Source of the DNA: an uncultured bacterium
GTDB taxonomy: Bacteria; CSSED10-310; CALFER01
Assembly (NCBI GenBank): GCA_964472395.1
Contig: CAYYMM010000001.1
Span: 36,069-100,068 of the forward strand
Direction: 5' to 3'
Length of the DNA stretch: 64,000 nucleotides
A program made the position numbers and the translations under genes. This document shows positions 8,051 through 22,578 of the stretch, piece by piece; position 1 is the first letter of the stretch, and every line of letters starts with the position of its first letter. The notes beneath the pieces were generated by a model. The model did not search any database. It had not been told where the DNA came from and saw nothing but the letters and a program-made list of their open reading frames with translations.

Positions 8051-10564
8051 CTAGCTGAACAATTCCGGTTGAACGGTCTCGGACTCATCACCGCCCATGT
8101 CACCGTTCTCATCACCGCGGTCTTCGCCGCCTTCACGTTCGACGACACGCGCCACCGCAACGATTTTCGCGCCTTCACGTGCGATGTCCTGCAGCATGAC
8201 ACCCTGTGTCGATCGGCCGATCGACCGGAGGCTTTCCATGTCGACCCGGATCCGGATCAGTTTCCCGTGCGATGTCACCATCAGAAACTCGTCGTCTCCG
8301 AACGATTGCAGGATGCCCATGACCGGGCCGTTTCGTTCCGTGATCTTCATGTTGATCAGGCCCTTGCCGCCGCGTGTCTGTGTCCGGTATTCCTCGATGC
8401 TCGTTCGCTTCCCGTAGCCGTTTTCGGAAACGGTCAGCATAAGAGCGCCTTCATAGAGCACTTCCATGCCGATCACATGATCGCCGGATTCCAGCCGGAT
8501 GCCGATCACGCCGCGCGTCGCCCGGCCCATCGGGCGCACATCGGTCTCTTTGAACCGGATGCTCATGCCCTGATGAGTCGCGATGAAGACGTCCTGTTCG
8601 CCCGATGTCAGGCGGACACTGATCAATTCATCGTCTTCATCGATGATGATGGCTTTGAGTCCTCCCGAGCGATTGGTGTCGTATTCGACGAGGGATGTTT
8701 TCTTCACGATGCCGTTGCGCGTGCCCATCATGATGAATTTGCCTTCTTCGAATTTCTTGATCGGCAGAATCGCCCGGACGTTTTCGTCGGATTCGAGCGA
8801 CAGGAGGTTTTTCAATGAACTGCCGCGCGCCGTCCGGCTGCCCTGCGGTAACTGATAGACCTTCAGTCTGTAAACGCGTCCCTTGTCGGTAAAGATCAGC
8901 AGGATATCGTGCGTGCCGGCGAAGATCAGATGTTCGGTGAAATCCCCTTCCTTAGGGATAATGCCGGTCGCGCCCTGCCCGCGCCGTTTCTGTGCTCGAT
9001 AGAGCGACAGCAGCGTCCGTTTCGCATAGTTTTCGTGCGTCACGAACACCACCATGTCCTCTTCCGCAATCATATCCTCATAGTCGATCTCACTGTCCGC
9101 ATCCAGAATCAGCGTCCGGCGCGTATCGCCGAATTTCGCCTTGATTTCGAGCAGTTCCGTCTTGATCAGATTCATCAGCAGTGCTTCGGATTCCAGAATC
9201 GCACGCAACCGGCTGATCTCTTTAAGGAGTTCAAGGTACTCCTCGCGAATCTTGTCGCGTTCGAGACCCGTCAGCCGCTGGAGTCGCATATCGAGAATCG
9301 CCTGTGCCTGAACCTCGGACAAGCCGAACTGCGTCTGCAGTCCGTTCCGGGCTTCCTCGACCGTTTTCGATCCCCGAATCAGCGTGATGACCGCATCGAG
9401 ATGATCCAGAGCGATGATCAGGCCTTCCAATATGTGCGCCCGGTCTTCCGCCTTCCGGAGGTCGTATCGGGTGCGTCTGACCACCACCTCCCGCCGGTGC
9501 AGAATGAAATGATCCAGCATTTTCTTCAGCGACAGCACTTCCGGGCGGCCGTTGACGAGCGCGACCATGTTGACGCCGAAATTGAGCTGCAACTGGGTGT
9601 GTTTGTATAGCTGGTTCAGAATCGCCTTGGCGATCTGATCCTTCTTGAGTTCGATGACGACCCGGATGCCTTCGCGTCCCGATTCGTCGCGAACGTCCGA
9701 GATTCCCTCGATTTTTTTATCCTTGACGAGTTCCGCGATTTTGGTGAGAAGATCGGCTTTGTTGACCTGATATGGCAGCTCGGTGACGATGATGTCTTCC
9801 TTGCCGGCCTTCTCACGATGCTCGATCACCGCCTGTGCGCGGATCGTGATGGAACCCCTCCCGGTCATGTAGGCCTGGCGGATCCCGTCTCGTCCGTAGA
9901 TCATCGCCGCCGTCGGGAAATCCGGTCCGGTGACGATCCGCATGATGTCGAGATCCGTGTTGTCGGGATTGTCGATCATGTGGATCAGGGCATCGATGAC
10001 TTCGTTCAGGTTGTGCGGCGGGATGTTGGTCGCCATACCGACGGCGATGCCGCTGGAGCCGTTGACGATGAGATTCGGGAAGGCGGCTGGCAGGACATCG
10101 GGTTCATGGGTCGTGTTGTCGTAATTGGGGACGAATGTGACGGTTTCCTTTTCGAGATCCCTGAGGATTTCCTCGGAGATCTTCGCCATTCTGACTTCCG
10201 TGTATCGCATGGCGGCCGGCGGATCGTTGTCGACCGATCCGAAGTTGCCCTGGCCGTCGACGAGCGGGTATCGCATGGAGAATTCCTGGGCCATTCGCAC
10301 GATCGAATCGTAGATCGCCTGATCGCCGTGCGGATGGTAATTGCCCATGACTTCGCCGACGACTTTCGCCGATTTGCGGTAGCCTCGGGTGGGGCCGAGA
10401 CCCATTTCGTGCATGCCGAACAGAATCCGGCGATGCACCGGTTTCAGACCGTCGCGGACATCGGGGAGCGCGCGCCCCACGATGACGCTCATCGCATAAT
10501 CGATGAACGCCGACCGCATCTGATCTTCAATATTGACAGGAATCTTGTTTTCCGGAATCAGCAT
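8051..10564 (-). CDS. gyrA: DNA gyrase subunit A
   Basis: 837 aa. Motifs [25 protein letters not shown] and active-site AAMRYTE. C-terminal beta-pinwheel repeats and an acidic tail. ATG preceded by GGAG. Confidence 0.97.
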   Translation of the reverse strand: MLIPENKIPVNIEDQMRSAFIDYAMSVIVGRALPDVRDGLKPVHRRILFGMHEMGLGPTRGYRKSAKVVGEVMGNYHPHGDQAIYDSIVRMAQEFSMRYPLVDGQGNFGSVDNDPPAAMRYTEVRMAKISEEILRDLEKETVTFVPNYDNTTHEPDVLPAAFPNLIVNGSSGIAVGMATNIPPHNLNEVIDALIHMIDNPDNTDLDIMRIVTGPDFPTAAMIYGRDGIRQAYMTGRGSITIRAQAVIEHREKAGKEDIIVTELPYQVNKADLLTKIAELVKDKKIEGISDVRDESGREGIRVVIELKKDQIAKAILNQLYKHTQLQLNFGVNMVALVNGRPEVLSLKKMLDHFILHRREVVVRRTRYDLRKAEDRAHILEGLIIALDHLDAVITLIRGSKTVEEARNGLQTQFGLSEVQAQAILDMRLQRLTGLERDKIREEYLELLKEISRLRAILESEALLMNLIKTELLEIKAKFGDTRRTLILDADSEIDYEDMIAEEDMVVFVTHENYAKRTLLSLYRAQKRRGQGATGIIPKEGDFTEHLIFAGTHDILLIFTDKGRVYRLKVYQLPQGSRTARGSSLKNLLSLESDENVRAILPIKKFEEGKFIMMGTRNGIVKKTSLVEYDTNRSGGLKAIIIDEDDELISVRLTSGEQDVFIATHQGMSIRFKETDVRPMGRATRGVIGIRLESGDHVIGMEVLYEGALMLTVSENGYGKRTSIEEYRTQTRGGKGLINMKITERNGPVMGILQSFGDDEFLMVTSHGKLIRIRVDMESLRSIGRSTQGVMLQDIAREGAKIVAVARVVEREGGEDRGDENGDMGGDESETVQPELFS

Positions 10565-10579
10565 GAGAAGCTCCTGGTG

Positions 10580-14174
<3,595 letters not shown>

Positions 14175-14180
14175 AGAGAA

Positions 14181-15284
14181 TCAGACGATCATCGGCATGA
14201 CGATCGCCAGATACCGTAGCTCAGATTCAATGCCCGGCCGGAATTCCACCGGCCCTGACGGATTGTTCACGCGGATCGCGACATCCTCGGCATCGATCGT
14301 TTTGAGCAGTTCCAGAAGATACGTGACATTGAAACCCACAGTGAACGGCTCTTCGGTATACGCGATGGGAATCTGATCGCGGGCTTCTCCGAATTCAGGG
14401 GTATTGGCGGAAATCACGAGCATGTTGTTCTCAATGTTCATCTTGATTCCACGCGCTTTGATATCGGAAAAGAGCGATACGCGACGGAGCGACAGCATGA
14501 GGCTTTCCTTGTTCACTTTAATGATCAGACGGCATTCCTTCGGAATGACGATTGAATAATTCGGAAACATGCCTTCGACCAGCCTGGATATAACCGTTTC
14601 GCAACCGACTTTGAACACGAGATGATTGTTGTTGATGCCGAAACGAAATTCCTCTCCTCCTGCTCCGACCATCCGTTGGATTTCATGGACCGCCTTCTGA
14701 GGGATGATGACCTCGAGCGGAGTCATATTGAGTGTATTCGGTGTTTCAACATAAGCCAGACGATGGCCGTCCGTCGCGATCATCCGAACCGCTTCGTCAT
14801 CCACTTTGAACAAGACGCCTCCGAGAACCCGCCGGTTCTCGTCGTGACTGACCGCGTAGACCACTTTTTTGGTCAGATTATCCAGCAGATCACCAGGAAC
14901 GATGGTGAGGTTGCTTTCGTCCACATCCGGAAGCTTCGGGTAATCCACATCAGAAGAGCCGAAAAGACGAAACTCCGAAGATCCGCAGGAGAGCTTGATC
15001 CAATTGTTCTCCTCGAGTTTGAACTTCACGAGATTTTCCGGAAGTTCTTTCAGGACTTCGTAGAGTTTTTTTGCCGATACGAGAATACTTCCTGCTTCCG
15101 GAACATCGCATCCGATGAGATCACGGATACCGACCTCGAGGTCTGTAGCGATGACTTCGAGATTGCCTGAGTTGGCTGTCAGTTTGACGTTGTTCAGAAA
15201 TGGGTTGGTACTGCGTCTTTCGATGATCGATTGAACCTTCTGAATACTGGTCTGAAATGCTGATTTTTCGATACTGAATTCCAT
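14181..15284 (-). CDS. dnaN: DNA polymerase III beta sliding clamp
   Basis: 367 aa. Three-domain clamp with an N-terminus typical of DnaN (MEFSIEKSAFQTSIQKVQSII...). Confidence 0.95.
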   Translation of the reverse strand: MEFSIEKSAFQTSIQKVQSIIERRSTNPFLNNVKLTANSGNLEVIATDLEVGIRDLIGCDVPEAGSILVSAKKLYEVLKELPENLVKFKLEENNWIKLSCGSSEFRLFGSSDVDYPKLPDVDESNLTIVPGDLLDNLTKKVVYAVSHDENRRVLGGVLFKVDDEAVRMIATDGHRLAYVETPNTLNMTPLEVIIPQKAVHEIQRMVGAGGEEFRFGINNNHLVFKVGCETVISRLVEGMFPNYSIVIPKECRLIIKVNKESLMLSLRRVSLFSDIKARGIKMNIENNMLVISANTPEFGEARDQIPIAYTEEPFTVGFNVTYLLELLKTIDAEDVAIRVNNPSGPVEFRPGIESELRYLAIVMPMIV

Positions 15285-15770
15285 GATTGATCCTCCGGAA
15301 ACTTATCTGGTCATGTATAGCAGAAATCAGATGCGAAGTAAATGAAATCGTGCGTTTTTTTCTCTTCCCCGTCCACTCTCCGAAGAAGCTTCTAAGATAT
15401 GAAAATGGAGAGTTCATCGAAGTAGTCATAGAGGCTGTCGATAAGTTGAAAAGTGACTGGACTGATTGAAAATCAATCTTTTTTATCGCTCATAATTGTT
15501 CGCAAGTCTTACTGTTTTACTCCGGGTTGTGCACAAATCATCATCATTTTCGAACGTGTGTCGTTATGCACATGTTGTGAACGGGTTATTGACATCACTC
15601 TGTTGAAAATTTGATTAATGCATTCTGAAATAATACTGTTTGTCTCGGTCGCGACAGGAGGTCATTTTTTTCTTGACACGATATTTCAAGTGTTTGCGAG
15701 ACATTGTTTACGCACAGAGTTATAGACAGATGTTTATTGTTAAATTAAATATCTGAATAATAACACTTTA
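15285..15770. promoter_or_regulatory. AT-rich intergenic region upstream of dnaN. Candidate oriC and dnaN promoter region, with DnaA-box-like 9-mers.
   Basis: GC content drops sharply relative to flanking DNA. Near-consensus DnaA boxes TGTCGATAA, TTATGCACA, TTGTGCACA, TTATTGACA and TTATAGACA. AT-rich candidate unwinding tract taaattaaatatctgaataataaca. The position upstream of dnaN is classical for bacterial origins. Confidence 0.45.
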
Positions 15771-17009
15771 TTGAGATATGAAAGTGCGAAAAATCTGATT
15801 TTGTCAGGTATCGGAACGGGGTTGGAAAGTGCGATGGGAAAAAGAACTGATTTCATCGATAGTTGCAAACCAGTACTGGGAATTCTTGCGGAGACTACCG
15901 AAGAACACACCAAAAGACTGGGTTCTCAGACAAACATGCTCGAAGAAATGTGCCGATATGCTGAAAACACAGGGCTCCGCATCATCGTCTCCAGTATCCG
16001 GAACTGCGATGAAATCATTGAAAACAAAGCAGTTCCAGGCCTGTTTCTGCATGAAGAAAAATGGTGTCAAGCGGTTTTCTCACCCCCGTCGCTCTGGTAC
16101 GACCGCGTTTATTCGGATCTCGCACACAGAGAAACTGATCTCATACAATGTCGATCGAAACTCGTCCAATCCAATCGAGTCGCCTTTCTGAATCATCCGG
16201 CCATGACATCGATTCTCGGAGATAAACTCGCATTCTCACAATTCTGTGCGCGTCACGCGCTTCCAACCCCGGTCACAGAACTGCTTGACCCGGGACTTTT
16301 CAGGAATCCATCTCGTCAATCCGGCCGATTCATCGCCAAACCGCGCTTCGGAAGGAAGGGAATCGGGATCATCCGCTGCGCTTTTTCCAGTGACGGCCGC
16401 GGAACCTGCTCGACACACGGCAGGCAAGTTTCGACGCGAACGCATTCCGAATCAGACGGTGTGCTGTCGGAGTTGATCCGGCAGGTTGGATTGAGTCGGG
16501 AAGATTACATTATTCAGGCTGAGATTCCCGCTGCCAAAGTAGATGGAAGATGGTGCGACATCCGGTGTATGGTACAGCGAATGAACCGGCATGACCGGGC
16601 CGTTTCCGGGATTGCGGTCCGTGTATCGTCCCATGACCGCGTCACGCCGAATCTCGACCGCGAAGGAATTGCTGTTCCTTTCGAGATGTATGCTCGCCTG
16701 GCCTTTCCGGATCTGGATGGTTCCGTGCTTCGTGAAAAAGTCGAATCGACAGCGCTTCGAATGTTTGATGCCATCGAATCCGAAACGGGACCAGCAGCGG
16801 AAGCGGGGATCGATCTGCTGATCGACCCTCATGGCTCAGTTCATCTGATCGAAGCGAATGCGAAGCCCGGTCGGATTATCTATCAGCGTCTGAGTTCCGG
16901 CTTTTATTTGACAGAAGCGGAAAAGACTCGCTATTTAGAGATGCGTCGGAACACGATCCGGAACCCGATCCGGTATGCACGCCATCTGCTTGAAGGAAGC
17001 ATTGATTGA
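15771..17009 (+). CDS. ATP-grasp family protein (YheC/YheD- or RimK-like ligase). Start uncertain: the ORF-track start is TTG, with a possible ATG near 15834.
   Basis: 412 aa. C-terminal ATP-grasp signature GRFIAKPRFGRKGIGI and an acidic residue in LIEANAKPG. Confidence 0.6.
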   Translation: MRYESAKNLILSGIGTGLESAMGKRTDFIDSCKPVLGILAETTEEHTKRLGSQTNMLEEMCRYAENTGLRIIVSSIRNCDEIIENKAVPGLFLHEEKWCQAVFSPPSLWYDRVYSDLAHRETDLIQCRSKLVQSNRVAFLNHPAMTSILGDKLAFSQFCARHALPTPVTELLDPGLFRNPSRQSGRFIAKPRFGRKGIGIIRCAFSSDGRGTCSTHGRQVSTRTHSESDGVLSELIRQVGLSREDYIIQAEIPAAKVDGRWCDIRCMVQRMNRHDRAVSGIAVRVSSHDRVTPNLDREGIAVPFEMYARLAFPDLDGSVLREKVESTALRMFDAIESETGPAAEAGIDLLIDPHGSVHLIEANAKPGRIIYQRLSSGFYLTEAEKTRYLEMRRNTIRNPIRYARHLLEGSID

Positions 17010-17021
17010 GGAGTTCAGATC

Positions 17022-18584
17022 ATGAACAAGGTCATGTTGATCATACGAGACGGCTGGGGATACAGTGAACAATCAGAGGGAAATGCGATTCTGCATGCCG
17101 CGAGACCATTCGACCGGTATCTGCTGGCATCGACTTCCGGAATACTGCTGGCATGTCACGGAGAACAGGTGGGTCTTCCGCCTGGGTTTCAGGGATCGTC
17201 TGAAGTCGGGCATCTCAACATGGGGGCCGGTCGGATCGTGGAACAGGAAGTGACGCGGATCTTTTCCGCGATGGCCGATGAATCCCTGTTCGACTCTGCC
17301 GGGTTCCGCCGGATCCGGTCTCAACTGGAACGCCCGGGATGCCGGTTGCATCTGTTCGGACTGCTTCAGGACGAAGGCGTTCATGCCCATCAGGAGCACC
17401 TCTTCCAGATCATGCGGTATGTCGGGATGCGCTTTCCGGATCTCGTGCAGATCATCCATCCCATCGCCGACGGTCGCGACACCCCTCCCCGCAGTTTCAT
17501 TTCGTTCTATCACAAACTGCTCGACACCTGTCGAGAACTGCGGACTGCCCGGATCGGGACGGTACATGGCCGATACTACGGAATGGACCGATCAAAAAAC
17601 TGGAATCTCGTGACACTGGCCGTCCGTGCCATGATCCATGGCGAGGGTCGGCGAGTCGACGATATCGAGGCAGCGGTACGGGAGGCCTATCAGGATGAAA
17701 CGACTCCGGATCACGCGCCGATGTCGGACGAGTATCTGAAGCCCATGATCGTTCAGAATTACGACGGTATGCGGCCGGGTGATGTCGTGATCAACTTCAA
17801 CTATCGTCAGGATCGAGCCATTCAGATATCCAAATCGTTCGTCGATCCTGAGTGTCCCTCGTTCGATCCGGCGGCACATGAGATTCACTATTATGGATTG
17901 ACGCGGTATTACGATGCATTCCGGAATTATCTCGTCGAGCCGATGTCGGACGATGCGTCGATGCGGAATCTTCTCGGAGAGGTCGTTTCAAAAGCCGGTT
18001 ACCGGCAGTTACGGATCGCCGAGACTCAGAAATTCCGCCATGTTACATCGTTTTTCAATGGAAAGCGGACGGCGGCGTATGACCGTGAGGATCAGATCGA
18101 GATTCCGAGCGAGTTTGATCCGGCTGTGTTTGCATCGCATCCGGAAATGAATGCCGGCGATGTCACGCGGGAGCTGTTGTCGCGATTGTCACTGGGATAT
18201 GAATTCATTGTTGTGAACTACGCCAACTGCGACATGGTCGGGCATACGGGGGATTACGATGCCGCAAAGGCAGCTGCGGACATCGTCGATGCCAATGTCC
18301 GGGAGACGACCCGGAAGGCGATCGAGGCAGGGTATACGGTTCTGATCACGGCCGATCACGGTAATTCCGAGGAAATGATCGATGCGCGGGGAGAACCCAA
18401 AACGTCGCATACGATCAATCCGGTCAAACTGCATGTTCTGTCGGAGAATCTGGACGTGCAATTCCGGCGCGATCACGCCATTTTATCGGATATCACCGCG
18501 TTGATACTCCGGATCCTGGACCTGCCTGTTCCGGATGAGATGGTTTCTCGCGGTCTCGAGGAAACGGCGATCAGAAGGAAATGA
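17022..18584 (+). CDS. gpmI: 2,3-bisphosphoglycerate-independent phosphoglycerate mutase
   Basis: 520 aa. iPGM motifs MLIIRDGWGY, GNSEVGHLNMGAGR, ADHGNSEEM. Confidence 0.92.
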   Translation: MNKVMLIIRDGWGYSEQSEGNAILHAARPFDRYLLASTSGILLACHGEQVGLPPGFQGSSEVGHLNMGAGRIVEQEVTRIFSAMADESLFDSAGFRRIRSQLERPGCRLHLFGLLQDEGVHAHQEHLFQIMRYVGMRFPDLVQIIHPIADGRDTPPRSFISFYHKLLDTCRELRTARIGTVHGRYYGMDRSKNWNLVTLAVRAMIHGEGRRVDDIEAAVREAYQDETTPDHAPMSDEYLKPMIVQNYDGMRPGDVVINFNYRQDRAIQISKSFVDPECPSFDPAAHEIHYYGLTRYYDAFRNYLVEPMSDDASMRNLLGEVVSKAGYRQLRIAETQKFRHVTSFFNGKRTAAYDREDQIEIPSEFDPAVFASHPEMNAGDVTRELLSRLSLGYEFIVVNYANCDMVGHTGDYDAAKAAADIVDANVRETTRKAIEAGYTVLITADHGNSEEMIDARGEPKTSHTINPVKLHVLSENLDVQFRRDHAILSDITALILRILDLPVPDEMVSRGLEETAIRRK

Positions 18585-19134
18585 TGCCGAGGTGCGACAG
18601 GAGCATGCGCGTTCCGATCGCGATCAGAACGAGACCTCCGATGAATTCACAGCGTTTTCCGAGAATACACTTGATGCGGTTGGCGGCGATCATCGCGAGA
18701 AAGGTAGCGGCGGCGGCGACGACGCCGATCAGGGTCACCGAGAGCGTCACCGGAGCCTCGGCCGCCGATAAACCGACTCCCGCTGCCAGCGCGTCGATGC
18801 TCACAGCCGTCGACAGCCCGATCATGATGAAACCCCGGGTCAGATCTGTTTCCTGATCGCGACTTTCTTCCTGAAACGATTCGTACATCATTTTCAGACC
18901 GATGGCGGTCAGAATCGAGAAGGCAATCCAGTGATCCCATGCCTTGATGTGGATCAGAATGACGTTACCGGCCATGATGCCTGAGAAACTGAAAATGGAC
19001 TGGAAGAGTCCGAAGTGAAAAGACAGACGGAAGTACTGGCGGGGCGCGCGATGGTTGAGTCCGACGGCAGCGCCGATCGAGAAAGCGTCGGCTGCGAGCG
19101 CGAGTGCAAGGAGCAGGATTTCCAGAAGCGACAT
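18571..19134 (-). CDS. mntP: Manganese efflux pump MntP (start trimmed to MSLLEIL)
   Basis: Strong similarity to MntP/DUF204 (WDHWIAF, IDALAAGVGL, IGGLVLIAIG). The ORF track extends to 19188, but homology begins at the internal Met. Confidence 0.8.
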   Translation of the reverse strand: MSLLEILLLALALAADAFSIGAAVGLNHRAPRQYFRLSFHFGLFQSIFSFSGIMAGNVILIHIKAWDHWIAFSILTAIGLKMMYESFQEESRDQETDLTRGFIMIGLSTAVSIDALAAGVGLSAAEAPVTLSVTLIGVVAAAATFLAMIAANRIKCILGKRCEFIGGLVLIAIGTRMLLSHLGIISF

Positions 19135-19303
19135 GGTGTTGACCTTTTTGCAGGCGCCAGGAAAGAGGTGCAGAAAACCGGCGAGCAAAACGAGGGGATA
19201 CTATGAATTTTTTAATCAACTATCAACATCGAACGAACGCTTTTCCTGGTTGACACCAGACGCCCGCAATGCGAATCTCAGAAGGATCACCAAGGAGTCC
19301 TGC

Positions 19304-20563
19304 ATGCCTCGACACGATGTGCTCGCAATCATTCTCGGCGGTGGACGCGGAACCCGGCTGTTTCCTCTGACCAAAATGCGAGCGAAGCCGGCGGTGCCGC
19401 TGGCCGCGAAGTACCGGCTGATCGATATTCCGATCAGCAATTGCATCAATTCAGAGATCAACCGGATTTTCGTTCTGACTCAGTTTCTCTCGGCATCTCT
19501 CCACCGGCATGTATATGAAACGTATAAGTTCGACGTGTTTTATGACGGATTCGTCGAACTGCTGCCGGCGGAGCAGACGTTGACGAGTGCCGCGTGGTAT
19601 CAGGGGACGGCGGATGCCGTGCGGAGGCAGATGCATCGTGTCCTGCGGATCAATCCGCGTGATTCACTGATTCTGTCCGGTGATCATCTGTATCGAATGG
19701 ATTACACCGAGTTTCTTGATTTTCATCGATCGAACGAAGCGGACATCACGATCGCGGTTTACCCTGTTCCAATGGAGGACACACACCGGTTTGGAATCCT
19801 GAAAACCGATCCGTCACACCGGGTGATCCGATACCTCGAAAAACCACAGAATCCCGATGACCTGACCGATATGGCTGTGAATCCGGATTCCGGCAGACCA
19901 TTTCTGGCGTCCATGGGTGTATTCCTGTTCCGAACCGACAGACTTCGAGCGGTTCTGGAGACGGTATCCGGTGAGGATTTCGGCCGCGACATCATTCCGA
20001 ACGCGATCGGGTCTCACCGGGTGTTCGCCTTTCCGTTCAGGGGATACTGGGAAGACATCGGATCGATGGCGTCTTTCTTCAACGCCAATCTCAGTCTCAC
20101 GGATATCGAACCTCCATTCGATTTCTATGATCCGAATAGTCCGATTTACACGCGTTCCCGATTTCTGCCTCCGTCACGCATGGACGGCTGTCGCCTGAGC
20201 CGGGTGGTCATCGCCGACGGGTGTCGGATTGCGAGTGCTGCGATCGAGCGGTCGATCATCGGTAACCGGAGCATCATCCGGAGCGGGGCCGCATTGAAGG
20301 AAGTCGTGATGCTGGGAGCAGATCATTACGAGGACGTAGCGGAGCGTGACCGGAATGAGCAGAACGGGTTGCCGCATATCGGGATTGGCGAAGATTCGAT
20401 GATCGAACGAGCGATCATCGACAAGAATGTCCGGATCGGACAGAGGGTTCGGATCACGCGCCACGAGCAGGATTCGGATTGTGACCGCGAACGGTATTCG
20501 ATCCGGGATGGGATCACGGTCATCCCGAAAAATGCGGTCATCCCGGACGGAACGGTGATCTGA
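19304..20563 (+). CDS. glgC: Glucose-1-phosphate adenylyltransferase (start trimmed to ATG 19304)
   Basis: 419 aa from MPRHDVLAIILGGGRGTRLFPLT. C-terminal left-handed beta-helix repeats. The upstream extension in the ORF track overlaps mntP and is not credible. Confidence 0.9.
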   Translation: MPRHDVLAIILGGGRGTRLFPLTKMRAKPAVPLAAKYRLIDIPISNCINSEINRIFVLTQFLSASLHRHVYETYKFDVFYDGFVELLPAEQTLTSAAWYQGTADAVRRQMHRVLRINPRDSLILSGDHLYRMDYTEFLDFHRSNEADITIAVYPVPMEDTHRFGILKTDPSHRVIRYLEKPQNPDDLTDMAVNPDSGRPFLASMGVFLFRTDRLRAVLETVSGEDFGRDIIPNAIGSHRVFAFPFRGYWEDIGSMASFFNANLSLTDIEPPFDFYDPNSPIYTRSRFLPPSRMDGCRLSRVVIADGCRIASAAIERSIIGNRSIIRSGAALKEVVMLGADHYEDVAERDRNEQNGLPHIGIGEDSMIERAIIDKNVRIGQRVRITRHEQDSDCDRERYSIRDGITVIPKNAVIPDGTVI

Positions 20564-20609
20564 AATCAATCCGAGTGTTCCACGTGGAACATGCCATGAA
20601 GGAGACGAT

Positions 20610-21146
20610 ATGATTCAGGAGTACACAGCATGGGTCGGAGCGAATCCTCTCGCCTCGGCAGCCATCCAGTTCGCCATCCTCGGAACGCTCGGGGAACTCG
20701 TTTCCGTGTGGATCCGGAGAAAACAGCTCATCATGCCGTTCACGGTCCGGCAGTTCCTGCTGAAAATCGTCGGCTGGGCATTGCTCGGATGGATCATCAA
20801 GTACGGGTTCACCGGTATGAAGGGTTTCACACACGCCTTGGTCGATCACCGGTTGATTCCTGCCCGGTTCGGAGAAGGACTGGGTGGCGCGCTGGCGCTG
20901 TCGGTGTTCACCAACGTTCTGTTCGGACCTCAAATGATGGCGTTCCATCGCTTTTCCGATAATCTGATCATGCGCCAGAAAGGATTCTCGGGGATCGAAA
21001 AAGCATGGTGGACGCTGATCTGGTTCTGGATTCCCGCCCACACCGTCACCTTCAGTCTGCCGAGGGATTATCAGATCGGTCTGGCAGCTTGCTGGTCCGT
21101 CGCACTCGGTGTGATCATGGGACTGTCTGCATCGCGAAACCGATAA
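20610..21146 (+). CDS. Small polytopic membrane protein of unknown function
   Basis: 178 aa, about 4-5 hydrophobic helices, no recognisable family. Stop is 1 nt before the next secreted-protein gene. Confidence 0.45.
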   Translation: MIQEYTAWVGANPLASAAIQFAILGTLGELVSVWIRRKQLIMPFTVRQFLLKIVGWALLGWIIKYGFTGMKGFTHALVDHRLIPARFGEGLGGALALSVFTNVLFGPQMMAFHRFSDNLIMRQKGFSGIEKAWWTLIWFWIPAHTVTFSLPRDYQIGLAACWSVALGVIMGLSASRNR

Positions 21147-21147
21147 C

Positions 21148-22575
21148 ATGACTCGACTCGTTGCCGTCTTCCTTCTCACGATAGTCCCGTTGTCCGCATC
21201 CGCGGATTCCTGGCCCGCCGAGTCGTGGAGTGATGCCGTGAACATGACCGCCCTGGATTCAGAGTTCCAGGAGGATCTCAGCGGAGCGTTCTGGAATCCC
21301 CAAACCCGCGTTCTCTGGGTCTGCCAGAACGGACTCGCCAAAATATGGGCCCTTGTCGAAGACGGAACCGGAGGCTTCGTTGTCCGGACGGATGGATCCG
21401 GGATGCGGTACGAGTGGGATCTCGGCATGCAGGACCTCGAAGATCTGACACAGGTGAATCTGGCGCAGGATGTGATCTATGCGATCGACGAAGGCGCGGG
21501 CACCATCTTTTCGGTCGATCTGAGTGCTCCGGACACCCACCTGATCCTGCACTCGTGGAATGTATCATCCTTCTTGCCTGAATATGTGTCCGGATACGGA
21601 CCTGAAGGGATCGCATTTGTCCCGGACGAATGGCTCGCGTGCCGGCAGTTCATGGATTCGACCGGGCAGCGCCGACTCAGTCAGAAAGGAATGAACGGAC
21701 TGATGTTCCTGGCGCATCAGCAGGAAGGACGGATCTATGTGTTCGATCTGAACCCGGACCTGAACAACGATGTCTGGCTGGTCGGAGAGTATGATACCGC
21801 GCGCAATGAAAGTTGTGCGGCGGGGTTTGATCGCGATCTGGGACTGCTCTGCATCTGGCACAACACCGGCTCGAACTATCTCGAATGGACCGATCTGACC
21901 TCGATCCCGGTATCCGGTTCGATCCGGCAGTTCAGAATGGTTCAGGAGTTCACCGGGCCGATCAGCGGGAATCTGGAGGGATTCGCAGCCGCGCCTCAAG
22001 CCCCGAGCGCTCCGGACTCGTGGTGTTTCATCACACGCGATGACGGAGGTTCAGACTCGCTCAGATGGTTTCGATCTTTTCGGCTGCCGGATGTGACGCC
22101 TCCTGCGTTTCTGAATGCGACGCCGCGGATTCGTGAGGTTTCGGCCGAATCAGTCACAATTGGTGTCGAGTTGAATGAACCGGGCCGTCTGTATCTGGTC
22201 GTATTGGCGGATGGTGCGCCGGCTCCGGATGTCCGGCATGTCAGAGGCGGACGGGATGCGTCGGGTAATCCGCCGATTGCAGAGGGATTCATCGACGTCA
22301 CGGCATCAGGGGTTGAAGCGACAGGCGAATTTCAAGGATTGGCGCCAGCGACGGCGTACGATGTGTTTTGTGTGGCGGAAGATCAGCGCGGTATTCTTCA
22401 GAATGACGTGACGTTCTTGAACGCCGTTACGTCCGACCCGGTCGCGTCTCCGACACCTCCCATCACGCCGACTCCTCAAGCTGTCCCGACCGGGCAGGCC
22501 GGAACTGTGCCACTGATCATGCTTCTGATGTCAGGGATCATCCTCGCCGGGCAGATCAATCGACGATGCGGATGA
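21148..22575 (+). CDS. Secreted protein (possibly a beta-propeller or phytase-like fold) with C-terminal PT linker, TM helix and basic tail
   Basis: 475 aa. Signal peptide MTRLVAVFLLTIVPLSASA. C-terminus ...PTPQAVPTGQAGTVPLIMLLMSGIILAGQINRRCG. Confidence 0.6.
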   Translation: MTRLVAVFLLTIVPLSASADSWPAESWSDAVNMTALDSEFQEDLSGAFWNPQTRVLWVCQNGLAKIWALVEDGTGGFVVRTDGSGMRYEWDLGMQDLEDLTQVNLAQDVIYAIDEGAGTIFSVDLSAPDTHLILHSWNVSSFLPEYVSGYGPEGIAFVPDEWLACRQFMDSTGQRRLSQKGMNGLMFLAHQQEGRIYVFDLNPDLNNDVWLVGEYDTARNESCAAGFDRDLGLLCIWHNTGSNYLEWTDLTSIPVSGSIRQFRMVQEFTGPISGNLEGFAAAPQAPSAPDSWCFITRDDGGSDSLRWFRSFRLPDVTPPAFLNATPRIREVSAESVTIGVELNEPGRLYLVVLADGAPAPDVRHVRGGRDASGNPPIAEGFIDVTASGVEATGEFQGLAPATAYDVFCVAEDQRGILQNDVTFLNAVTSDPVASPTPPITPTPQAVPTGQAGTVPLIMLLMSGIILAGQINRRCG

Positions 22576-22578
22576 TAA

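Noticed and set aside
19055-19303. Upstream 83-aa extension of glgC in the ORF track
   Set aside because: It overlaps mntP on the opposite strand. GlgC homology and an internal ATG start begin at 19304.
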